A stretch of DNA of 40,153 nucleotides, from IMG/VR virus record IMGVR_UViG_3300037044_000263, positions 1 through 40,153 of that record; one strand, 5' to 3'. Position numbers and translations under genes: made by a program. The notes below the pieces were generated by a model. That model was not told the origin of the DNA, did not search any database, and was given only the letters and a program-made list of their open reading frames with translations. Numbering within the stretch: the first letter of the stretch is position 1; each line of letters begins with the position of its first letter. The DNA is from a virus. Taxonomy: Duplodnaviria; Caudoviricetes. Positions 1 through 8,722 of this stretch are shown here, piece after piece.

Positions 1-21
1 GGTTGATTACCCTCGTTGAAA

Positions 22-2181
22 CTACAAATCGAAATCATCCTTCTCAACAATCTGCGCCCGTTTGCCGTCGGTCTTGGCCTTCGGCACGAACTGCCCTGTC
101 CGCGAGAAAATCACCACGGGCACAAGCCGCTCCTCCAGCGTCGCCCCCCCGTGCAGTTCAAAGCCCTGTCCGCCGCCCTTCTTGGGCAGTCGGTCATAGC
201 CGCGAACCACCCAATGCTTGCCGTCCAACGTTTCCTCCAGTTCAGACGGGCATCCGCCTTGCGCCGCCCGCTCGCGGTACCGCCAGTCAGCCGCTTCAGC
301 GCCTTCCTCGCACGGGAGCGTCCGAGCCAGCCTTGGTTCGGACTGCCACGCCAGCGCCGCCAGCCGCGAGCTCCCGTGGTCTGCTGTTACAAGCACTCGC
401 TCAAATCGTGCCAGCCCCTCCGCCACGCGCGGCAATACCTCGCCGCCGATCACAGCCAACGCCGCAGCCAGATTCTCCTCCGCACGCCGTGTCTCGTGCG
501 TCTCTTTACCGTTGTGCGCAATATTGTCGAATCGTTTGATGTCCGGCAACCGCCGCTCCGGGTCTGGCCAATGGATGTTGTTGAACTTCGTCGATGTCGG
601 TAAATGCACCTCTACGACCGCTAGCGAATCCACGCCGAGATTCCGCTCCCGCGCCAGCGCCACCAACATCGGCAGCCACTCCGCGCCCATCGCGTCCACT
701 ACCAGCAATGTACACCTGTTGTCCGATGCATACTTTTGCAACATCGCATCACGCGATTGCACCGAACTCGGCGGCACACCCCGCTGCGCCTTCGCGTAAA
801 ACTCCTGCGTCACGCGGCCGGTCATTTTTAGGTGGCGGTATTCCTTGAAATACTCGTCCAGTGCCACGTCGCCGAAAACCAGATCTGCGTTCAGATACGC
901 TGCGGCTTCTGGATACTCGTCACTTACGGCTTTTGACACAACGCCGTCCTCCGCGCAACGCCGCAGGTGTTCAGCTCGTTCCGCGTCTGTCCCGCAATTT
1001 AGCCATGGCGCGACCCGCGACGTGGACGCGCCCGCGCAACGCGCGATGAACTGCCGGATGTCCGCGCCGGACATTACAACGCCCGCTTCCTGTATAGCTT
1101 CCCTGCGTTCCTCAGCATACACCTCCGCTTTATCCAGCCATTCCGCCGCGCCCGTGACGTATGCTGAGCGAAAGTTGCCGGTAACAACTCCCTCTTGCGC
1201 TGCGACACACTCTAGATAACTTCCCTTAGTTGCGACATGCCTTGCCAGCCATAACGCCGCCTCGCGTTCTGCACCCTTACATCCGTCAAACACACGCAAC
1301 ATACGCTTCGTGACTCCACCTTCAGGGAAGAGCAGCATCTTGAGTGTTTCCGCCAACGGTTTTCCCGCACCTTCTTTACCCCGCCCGCACATCCACCGCA
1401 AGGCATCTTCTGACAATCCCGCATCGTCGACGTCGTGAAACGCGCAAGCGAAATCGCGCAGACTCACGATCTGTCGTACATCTGCGCATAGTCCGGCCAA
1501 TTTTCGTCCTTCTGTGGCAACCACAATACGCCTGAAAGAACTGTCGTTTGGATGTTCCTCGGTGTATCGCAAATATTTCTGAAATGTGTCGCACACCTCC
1601 GGGATGAAGGAAGCCAAATCGTCCCCCACCAGCATCACCTCCGTATGCCCCGCGCTTCCTGCCGAATCTTCGGGGGCAACCGTCATACGTGCTGACCGGA
1701 TTGACGCAAACTGAGGCACTACCTTTTCGGCATCCATCTCAATCAGTTGCCTTCCCTGACGGTAACGCGGATTGGCGAACACATCCTTGAGTATTATTTC
1801 CGTGCCATCATCACTTCGCAAAAAGCAGACCGCATCCCGACCCGATTCGCCCTCCACCCATTCGCGTAGAGCGGCAATCGCGGCGCGTTTGTTCTCATCC
1901 GTTAACAGCGCTAGATAACCGGGAACCCCCAGCAACACCATTGTCTTGCCGTTCGCCGCCGGTGCCGTCATCGCATCGCGCACCCGCTCGAAGACTTCGT
2001 CAGGCATCGGTAGCCACGCGCTTTCCCTCACCAGATCGCTCAAACGCAACTCAACGTCGCCGCGCTCTTGGTAGAATCGGCGCAATGCCGTCCAGTTCTC
2101 ACCCGGAGGCATGGTCACCACCCGCGCCTTCGCCTCCGCGAGGGGGTTCTTAATGTATTCGCAATACTCGTTCAGTGTCAT
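22..2181 (-). CDS. pglZ: BREX-4 system phosphatase PglZ (alkaline phosphatase superfamily)
   Basis: C-terminal PglZ motifs VVDAMG, LPTST, VTADHG and HGGATLEE. Start moved to ATG 2181 (GGAG RBS overlapping the upstream stop at 2186). Lies downstream of the ATPase in the operon. Confidence 0.88.
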   Translation of the reverse strand: MTLNEYCEYIKNPLAEAKARVVTMPPGENWTALRRFYQERGDVELRLSDLVRESAWLPMPDEVFERVRDAMTAPAANGKTMVLLGVPGYLALLTDENKRAAIAALREWVEGESGRDAVCFLRSDDGTEIILKDVFANPRYRQGRQLIEMDAEKVVPQFASIRSARMTVAPEDSAGSAGHTEVMLVGDDLASFIPEVCDTFQKYLRYTEEHPNDSSFRRIVVATEGRKLAGLCADVRQIVSLRDFACAFHDVDDAGLSEDALRWMCGRGKEGAGKPLAETLKMLLFPEGGVTKRMLRVFDGCKGAEREAALWLARHVATKGSYLECVAAQEGVVTGNFRSAYVTGAAEWLDKAEVYAEERREAIQEAGVVMSGADIRQFIARCAGASTSRVAPWLNCGTDAERAEHLRRCAEDGVVSKAVSDEYPEAAAYLNADLVFGDVALDEYFKEYRHLKMTGRVTQEFYAKAQRGVPPSSVQSRDAMLQKYASDNRCTLLVVDAMGAEWLPMLVALARERNLGVDSLAVVEVHLPTSTKFNNIHWPDPERRLPDIKRFDNIAHNGKETHETRRAEENLAAALAVIGGEVLPRVAEGLARFERVLVTADHGSSRLAALAWQSEPRLARTLPCEEGAEAADWRYRERAAQGGCPSELEETLDGKHWVVRGYDRLPKKGGGQGFELHGGATLEERLVPVVIFSRTGQFVPKAKTDGKRAQIVEKDDFDL

Positions 2182-2185
2182 GGCA

Positions 2186-5100
2186 TCACTCCAGCACCGA
2201 AAGTCCGGCATCGGGGATTTGATCGATCAGCCTCAAGAGCAATTTTTTCGCCTCGGCATCGGTAAGTTTGTTCACTTTTTCCACCGCTCTTTTCCGCGTA
2301 TGAGTATCATACCCCTTTTTGACGAACGCCTCCACCGCTTCGTGAAGACCTCCGTCCGTCAACCATCGGTCTGGTGCGTCGCCCAGTTTATGGCACAACC
2401 AATCGCTCAGTTCGCCGACACTGAACCCGATCGTTTGATAACGCGCCGGCAGAACCCGTTTGAGGAATTTCCCGCCCGCTGCAGTCGCATCCACAAACGC
2501 ACCATCATTTTCAAGTTTGTCATGCACTGACTGCAAGCGTTCCGCCGACACCTCTTCCGGGTTTTCGACTGCATCGACAATGCTCTTGGCATCATCCACC
2601 GCCAAAACGCATTCGGCTGGAAGCGCGTGTTTACGGCTCCATTCGTCAGGCGATTCCGTGCCTGTGCGTTCGCGCCACAGTGTCGCCACCAGCTTTGAGA
2701 CCAACTTCTTGCTGTATTCCTCGATCTTAACGCGCCCTTGCGTCTTGAAACTTTGTTCATCGGCTCTCGCCGAATCGGGCGGGAAGGCATTGTAAAGCTC
2801 GCGGCTTTCCGCGACAGCCATAGGCCAGACCTCCCCGAAGATTTCCTGCATCGCACCCAGTTGTTGCGCTTGCGCCGCATCGAAGAACACCACGCGGATA
2901 ACTCCACCCTGCTGTTCCAAAAGCTCTTCAAAGGCTTTCGCGTCCTCGCCAGACAGCGACGGTCTGCTGAGCAGTTCAAAGAATCGCTGCAACGCCGGGT
3001 GTTTCTTCGTCCAGAACTCTGTCGGCACCTTGTTCTCGCCAAGTACCGCGGTTCGCAAGCGTGTCAACGCGTCTTCGAAGCTCACGTATCCCGATGAGCC
3101 AGTCAGCCCGCGGATATGTTCCGCGCACAGTGTCTGTCGGCATACCTCTTCCAGTACGGCCTCGGCGTCGCCGCGTTTCCACAGCCAGCCGCTCGCCGCC
3201 GCAAAACGGTTTTTGACAGCCCCGCAATAGGTGAGAGACAATCCGCCCATGCGCTCCGCCGCAGCTTTCAACTCCGGTTTGGCGCTATCGACATACCGCT
3301 GGAAGGCTGCCTCGAACACTACCGGTGTCATATATCTGGCCATCGCCTCCGAAAGCCCCGGCGTCGTCAGTAGAATCTCGCCGATCTCCTTCACTTTGTT
3401 GCCGCGAGTCTCGGTGTCGCCTTTGGAACTGATGCTGTTCGCCGCACACAGCGCGTCGATGATTTTGCCCATCGCTTCCGCACTCGGATCGGCTTGCAAG
3501 CGGATATACTCCGGCAGCACCCACAGTGGCACGCGCTGCGAAATCTGTTCCAGCCTTGTCCCGACTGCGGTCAACGCCGCCTCCACCGTTCCGTCCGCGA
3601 GCGGACTGCTCCCGAAAATCACATTGCTCTGTTCGATGAACGCCTTATCCTCTTTCGATAGGCGACAGATCTGTTTCTCGTTCCTGATGGCGTTGGCACC
3701 GTCGTCTTTAACCACCGCCTCGATGATTTCCGCCAGCGTCCCTGCATCCAGCGCTTTGCTTGTCACGCCGTCCGTCCACTGCAGTTTGCGCTGTCCCGTC
3801 AACCATGTTTTCAGCACGAACCCCAGCACGAACGCGGAATGCGGCACACCCAACAGCCCGAACGGCGGACGCTGTAGGTCGAGGTAGAGTTTACGTATAG
3901 AGCAGGTATTACCCGCGCCCACTGTGCTGTCCTGCCTTTTTTTACAGAAATCCCGCAACTGCGTCAGAGGATGGCTTGGATTCGCATCGAACCATGTATC
4001 CTCGCCGGCGATGCCACTCTTCTGCCACGTCGCCACCACGGTCTTCCACGCGCCGGACTTTGCGTACTTGTCAAACTCCATGCCGGCCAGCGCCCAGCTC
4101 TGCAAGGCGCTCGGCGCGGCAAATGCGCTGATGTTGTAGCCGCACAAATCATCGGTGTATGCCCCGAACGTCTGTTTTGCATAGGCGATGAGACAATCTT
4201 TTTTCAATTGCCCCCACGTCACTTCCTCGACAAACGGTTCCCCGTTTGCGTTGGGCTTGTACACCGTGAGTTTGGTAGCGCTCGTCACTTTAGAATACCA
4301 CGCCGCCTTAGCGCTGCTGACCTGCGTCTCAAAGACCCTCTTGCTCGCGCTGTCGCTTGCCATTGCGTTTCGGGCGCTGTTTTCCACGAACTCGTTCCAT
4401 GCCTCCGCATTGTCGTGGCAGAAGCTGACCTCCGGCAGGGTAACAAAGAGCATCCGATGGTCTTTGAACTGTTTTGCCAATTCTATTGCCTTGTTGGGAA
4501 TGCGCAACTGTTCTTGTTCGTCCCGCGCCAGGATGAACAGCACAAGCACACGGTTCCAAGTCTCACTAAAAGACTCGCGTTTTGCGATGCTTGATGCCGA
4601 AAGACCGCCGACACCCGCCGCGCGCACATCAAAACGGCCGCCATAGTTGACGCCTTTCAACTGTTTGCCCAGTTCCACTTCGGTGTCTTTCAGCACGAGA
4701 TCGCCAAACTTGCTCTCTAAGGCCGTCTTTTTCTCCTCGATCTCTTTCGTGTCCGATCGGTCGCGGAAACGTTCGCAACGACCGTTCACAATCGTGAAGC
4801 AGTGTTTCTGTTGCAGATTGCGCAAAATCATATCCACGCCCGTCAGGGCACCGTCGCCCTCGAAACTGCGTTTGATATTTTCCACCGTCGTGCTCAGGAG
4901 CGAATGCCCCGTCCCTAGCAACTGCTCGATCAATCCAAAAAGCAGCACCGTCTTGAATACGCGCCGTTCATCCGGCTGCAAATCCTTTTCGCGTCGAGCG
5001 TATTCTGCCCGCGCGTCTTGCACGACTTGCCCCGTCCCCAGGTCGTCCCGTTCCACAAAATACCGCCACAGCTGATCCACCGTCAGGAACTGATATCCGG

Positions 5101-6340
5101 AAACATCCAGCCCGCCTTTTTCAATAAACGTTTTGAACTCTGCGCCGTTCAGGAACTCGAACATGCTCCGCTGGTTTGCTCCGACCGCAACCGAAAGATG
5201 TTTCAGCATGAGTGCCGCCATCGGATGTATCGGCAGGATACCCTTGAAATCCGCCGAATCGATGCCCGCCTTGTTGATGACCATGTAATTTTCAGCCACG
5301 CCGCTCACATTGTGCCACAGCACATCGCGCTCTTGAGTCCACTCTGTTGCCTTCTCCGGTTTGACAACGAAAGCGTCGGCCGCCAGTTTCAAAGCGGTTT
5401 CATTCGGCAGATCGAGCCGCTTGAACGTGAACCGGTTGTTCGCCTTTTTTGCGCTTTCGGACCCCGCGGCCACATACGATGAAATATCCGTGTGCGTCAC
5501 AGGCACGAAATAGAACCGCCCCTGTTGTGCGGCCTCCGCCAACTGCTCCAGCGTTTTTAATTCCGCGCGATTACGTTCCATAAACGCAGAGAACTCGTCC
5601 CAGATATAGACCAGCTTGGAAAGACCGTTCGCTTTCAAAGATGCGTCCACCCACGCCAGAAAATCCTCCGCGCTTAAATCCAGATGAATGTGCCGCGCCA
5701 TCAATACCCGCATTGCGTCGCTGACCAGCCCTGCCTCCTGATTCGCATCCCTCAGTTTCTTTTCTAGAACATCCGCCGTTTTAATACCCGCGTTCAGGTG
5801 AGAGAGCCGCGCCTGCATCAAGTCTCGCGCTGCGAAGAAATGTGGCTCGTCCTGCCGGATGCGCTCAATGACTTCATCCAGTTTACCTTTCATCGGAATC
5901 GTGTGTTTTCCCGCCTCCAGTGCTTTCGTGATACCGCGCTGTAAGCGCATTAGAAACTGGTTCTTCGCGTCAACGCCGTCCGAGTTCACATCGTAAACGA
6001 CGAGTGTCTTCTCCCCGCGCCGTGCCAGCACTCCCTTTCGCACTGGGTCTGGCATCTGTGCCTTGCGCATATCCAGCCATTTTAGAACGCGGGCCTCATC
6101 GTCCGTGAACAATTTTTGCAGTACCAGCGATGCGTGGCTCTTGCCCGTGCCATACGCGCCCGTGATCCACAGCGTCTTGTTCCCGCCCTCTAAACTTTTG
6201 AGTAGTTCCCGCAAAATCTCCACGAACGAATCGTGCGGATAGAAACCCAGCCACGTCTCCAGCGTCTTGGTGATGGCCTCCTTCGTCATGCACGGCGCAT
6301 AATCCGGTCTGATTCCAAAATAGTCTTTATAGAATGCCAT
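2186..6340 (-). CDS. brxC: BREX-4 large P-loop ATPase (BrxC/PglY; SspC-like)
   Basis: ~1384 aa; Walker A WITGAYGTGKSH, Walker B YIWDEF, ILPIHP and NQRSMF motifs; located between brxP and pglZ. Confidence 0.82.
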   Translation of the reverse strand: MAFYKDYFGIRPDYAPCMTKEAITKTLETWLGFYPHDSFVEILRELLKSLEGGNKTLWITGAYGTGKSHASLVLQKLFTDDEARVLKWLDMRKAQMPDPVRKGVLARRGEKTLVVYDVNSDGVDAKNQFLMRLQRGITKALEAGKHTIPMKGKLDEVIERIRQDEPHFFAARDLMQARLSHLNAGIKTADVLEKKLRDANQEAGLVSDAMRVLMARHIHLDLSAEDFLAWVDASLKANGLSKLVYIWDEFSAFMERNRAELKTLEQLAEAAQQGRFYFVPVTHTDISSYVAAGSESAKKANNRFTFKRLDLPNETALKLAADAFVVKPEKATEWTQERDVLWHNVSGVAENYMVINKAGIDSADFKGILPIHPMAALMLKHLSVAVGANQRSMFEFLNGAEFKTFIEKGGLDVSGYQFLTVDQLWRYFVERDDLGTGQVVQDARAEYARREKDLQPDERRVFKTVLLFGLIEQLLGTGHSLLSTTVENIKRSFEGDGALTGVDMILRNLQQKHCFTIVNGRCERFRDRSDTKEIEEKKTALESKFGDLVLKDTEVELGKQLKGVNYGGRFDVRAAGVGGLSASSIAKRESFSETWNRVLVLFILARDEQEQLRIPNKAIELAKQFKDHRMLFVTLPEVSFCHDNAEAWNEFVENSARNAMASDSASKRVFETQVSSAKAAWYSKVTSATKLTVYKPNANGEPFVEEVTWGQLKKDCLIAYAKQTFGAYTDDLCGYNISAFAAPSALQSWALAGMEFDKYAKSGAWKTVVATWQKSGIAGEDTWFDANPSHPLTQLRDFCKKRQDSTVGAGNTCSIRKLYLDLQRPPFGLLGVPHSAFVLGFVLKTWLTGQRKLQWTDGVTSKALDAGTLAEIIEAVVKDDGANAIRNEKQICRLSKEDKAFIEQSNVIFGSSPLADGTVEAALTAVGTRLEQISQRVPLWVLPEYIRLQADPSAEAMGKIIDALCAANSISSKGDTETRGNKVKEIGEILLTTPGLSEAMARYMTPVVFEAAFQRYVDSAKPELKAAAERMGGLSLTYCGAVKNRFAAASGWLWKRGDAEAVLEEVCRQTLCAEHIRGLTGSSGYVSFEDALTRLRTAVLGENKVPTEFWTKKHPALQRFFELLSRPSLSGEDAKAFEELLEQQGGVIRVVFFDAAQAQQLGAMQEIFGEVWPMAVAESRELYNAFPPDSARADEQSFKTQGRVKIEEYSKKLVSKLVATLWRERTGTESPDEWSRKHALPAECVLAVDDAKSIVDAVENPEEVSAERLQSVHDKLENDGAFVDATAAGGKFLKRVLPARYQTIGFSVGELSDWLCHKLGDAPDRWLTDGGLHEAVEAFVKKGYDTHTRKRAVEKVNKLTDAEAKKLLLRLIDQIPDAGLSVLE

Positions 6341-6364
6341 GACTTTCAAACCCCCAGTTGTTGG

Positions 6365-8722
6365 CTACTTCTGCAAAATCAATCTGACCACATCGTCTCG
6401 ATTTTTCGTTTCCGGGAACACTCGCACCTCGTCCAGCCCCAGCGTAAAGCTGCACGATATGAGGTCTGGATGGACCGACGCCAGCCCCATGCACTGCTTT
6501 TTGAACTCGTCCGGCGAAATACCAAACACCGCCAGCGGTGACACAACCTCCCCATCGAACTCCTTTTCCATCATCTGCCGTACCGTGAACGCGGTACGCC
6601 CAGATTTCTCCGCCATCACATAAAGGCCGTAAAGAACTACCAGCGTATCCACCGGACGCGAACGGCGAGTGAGCTTTTCAACAGCTCTGCCCTTCATTTC
6701 GGCTTCAATCAACGCCCGGTCTCCTTCGCCAAGCGGAGAGGACTTAACCAGTTGGCAAAGCGACTGCAACGCACCTTTCCTCACCGATGCCGACCCAACG
6801 GATTGCGCGAGACTTTCATCAATACTTTTCATCGGATATCCGGTATCAAAATCCGTATTGCATACATACCATTTCACAAGCGGGGAAATATTTGCCAGAC
6901 GGAACCACAACAACTGCCAAAGCAGCAAGTCACTGAAACCACGTTTCTTGCCAACTTCCAATAGAAGCGTTGTGGTTATAGCTGCTGAATCTCCAATCAA
7001 ACCCGCCTCCCGGAACCACGTTACGGCTGCGGGAACCATCCGGGTGCCCAGCGAAGTTGTCTGACGGAAATTAGAGCCCTCATTCGCCAGAACTTCAATC
7101 CAATCGGGTTTCAGCCCAAAAGTCATGTACTTATTGACACCGCTGATGTTCATCGTCTTTCCTCCTGCATATCGTTTTGAGTAATACCGCAAACATCCAT
7201 CGTCAGGCGCATAGCACTTCATGCAATGGACACACATTGCTTCGTCAATAAAGACCTTCACCTTGCCGCTACGGGTGTCTTTATCCAACCGCAAAGCTCC
7301 TGTTGGACATTCCGCCTCGCACGCGTTACATCCTGAGCAGGCAATCGCCTTGTGGACCGCGTATGCTAGCCACTTAGAAATGGACTTGTCGGCTTTTCCG
7401 TTTGCCCAGACGCATTCGAGCAGTCCTCTGTTTCCGTCTTTGCGGAGGGACAACTCCGCGCCTTCAATTTCCCCAATTGCTTTGAGCCACTCCCTCAAGT
7501 CCGGTTCTGCTTCAATTGGGAATTCACAAATCACTCGGTCGCTTTTGCGTTCCACGCCAGGTTCCGCAATGACCTGTTTTAAGGATACTCCGCTTTTTCG
7601 CGCATACCATCCGCCTTCGTAAACAAACAGATCCGCGTCTTCCTCGGAAGAAAACTCGCGGTCAATCGTATCGCGCACTGCGGCAGCAAATGGCGCGACC
7701 GCCTCACGGTAATTCATCCTTATTATATCATTCTGACGGTCGGTCGACATCGGACACATCAGGCAGCCGACACGGGGTACCCCTTTGCGGTATGCCTCAT
7801 TCAGCACCAGATTGTGCTCAAAAATGTATAGCCACAGTTCATGTGCTGACCAAGCAAGAATCGGCATGGCATTAACCTGAGACTGGCTTTTCAAACCATC
7901 TCCAATATCGTCGTATTCCGAACGCCGTTGGCTCTCCTCACCACGCACCCCAACAAATGCCAGCGTTTTAATTGACCTTTTGCCGATCCTTTCTTTGAGT
8001 GCCAAAATCGCGGGAGTGCTCTTGTGGACTGAACAGCACCAACGAAGTGCTTGTGACGGCGGGCCAAAGAGTCGCCAGTTTTCCAACGCGGTGGTCTTGG
8101 CGGTGACCTTCAATAACGGGCGGCCTTTGTAGCAACTTTGGATTGCATCCCAGACGTGGAAGGTATCAGGCAGTTCCATGTCCGTATCACTAAATACGAC
8201 AGGCACGTCCAGCGGCAGTACCTTGTGGCAAAGGTCGAGAAGAACCACCGAGTCCTTACCGCAACTGAAGCCGATATAAACCGCGTCGCATTTTCCCGCA
8301 TAGGCGTCGTACATCTCTTTGATGCGCTTGAGCGTGTCCGCAACCAACGCGGACATGATGCCACGGTTTTTCGCCACCATCGCTGCGACATCAACTGGAA
8401 CCATCTTCACTTTTCTTCGTGTCTGCGCGCCTTCCGCCAAGCCGGATTCCCCACACAACTGACCTGTCCATTCGATATCTATAGGCTTGCCGTAGCGTGT
8501 CTTATTAATTCGAGCGATTTCTTCACCGCGATACAGATACACGTTCTGCTTCGCCCAGAGGAGCGGACGCCGCTCCGTTGGATCAAACGTTAACCGCGCC
8601 TCCAACCCCGTGAGCGCCAGCTCCTCTGCGTAGACAGGGCGGATTTCACTTGCCACAAACTTACCAGTCTGCGTTGTCAGCCGATAGCCCCCCGTTCGCT
8701 TATCCCATTCGAAACTATACAT
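6365..8722 (-). CDS. brxP: BrxP-like fusion: PAPS-reductase (DndC/SspD-like) + 4Fe-4S ferredoxin + DUF4007/SspB-like C-terminus
   Basis: PP-loop FSCGKDS, RWCCSVHK, GVRGEES, RVGCLMCP; ferredoxin CSGCNACEAECP and CVHCMKC. Start at ATG 8722 (MYSFEWD) overlaps the upstream stop by 8 nt. Confidence 0.82.
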   Translation of the reverse strand: MYSFEWDKRTGGYRLTTQTGKFVASEIRPVYAEELALTGLEARLTFDPTERRPLLWAKQNVYLYRGEEIARINKTRYGKPIDIEWTGQLCGESGLAEGAQTRRKVKMVPVDVAAMVAKNRGIMSALVADTLKRIKEMYDAYAGKCDAVYIGFSCGKDSVVLLDLCHKVLPLDVPVVFSDTDMELPDTFHVWDAIQSCYKGRPLLKVTAKTTALENWRLFGPPSQALRWCCSVHKSTPAILALKERIGKRSIKTLAFVGVRGEESQRRSEYDDIGDGLKSQSQVNAMPILAWSAHELWLYIFEHNLVLNEAYRKGVPRVGCLMCPMSTDRQNDIIRMNYREAVAPFAAAVRDTIDREFSSEEDADLFVYEGGWYARKSGVSLKQVIAEPGVERKSDRVICEFPIEAEPDLREWLKAIGEIEGAELSLRKDGNRGLLECVWANGKADKSISKWLAYAVHKAIACSGCNACEAECPTGALRLDKDTRSGKVKVFIDEAMCVHCMKCYAPDDGCLRYYSKRYAGGKTMNISGVNKYMTFGLKPDWIEVLANEGSNFRQTTSLGTRMVPAAVTWFREAGLIGDSAAITTTLLLEVGKKRGFSDLLLWQLLWFRLANISPLVKWYVCNTDFDTGYPMKSIDESLAQSVGSASVRKGALQSLCQLVKSSPLGEGDRALIEAEMKGRAVEKLTRRSRPVDTLVVLYGLYVMAEKSGRTAFTVRQMMEKEFDGEVVSPLAVFGISPDEFKKQCMGLASVHPDLISCSFTLGLDEVRVFPETKNRDDVVRLILQK

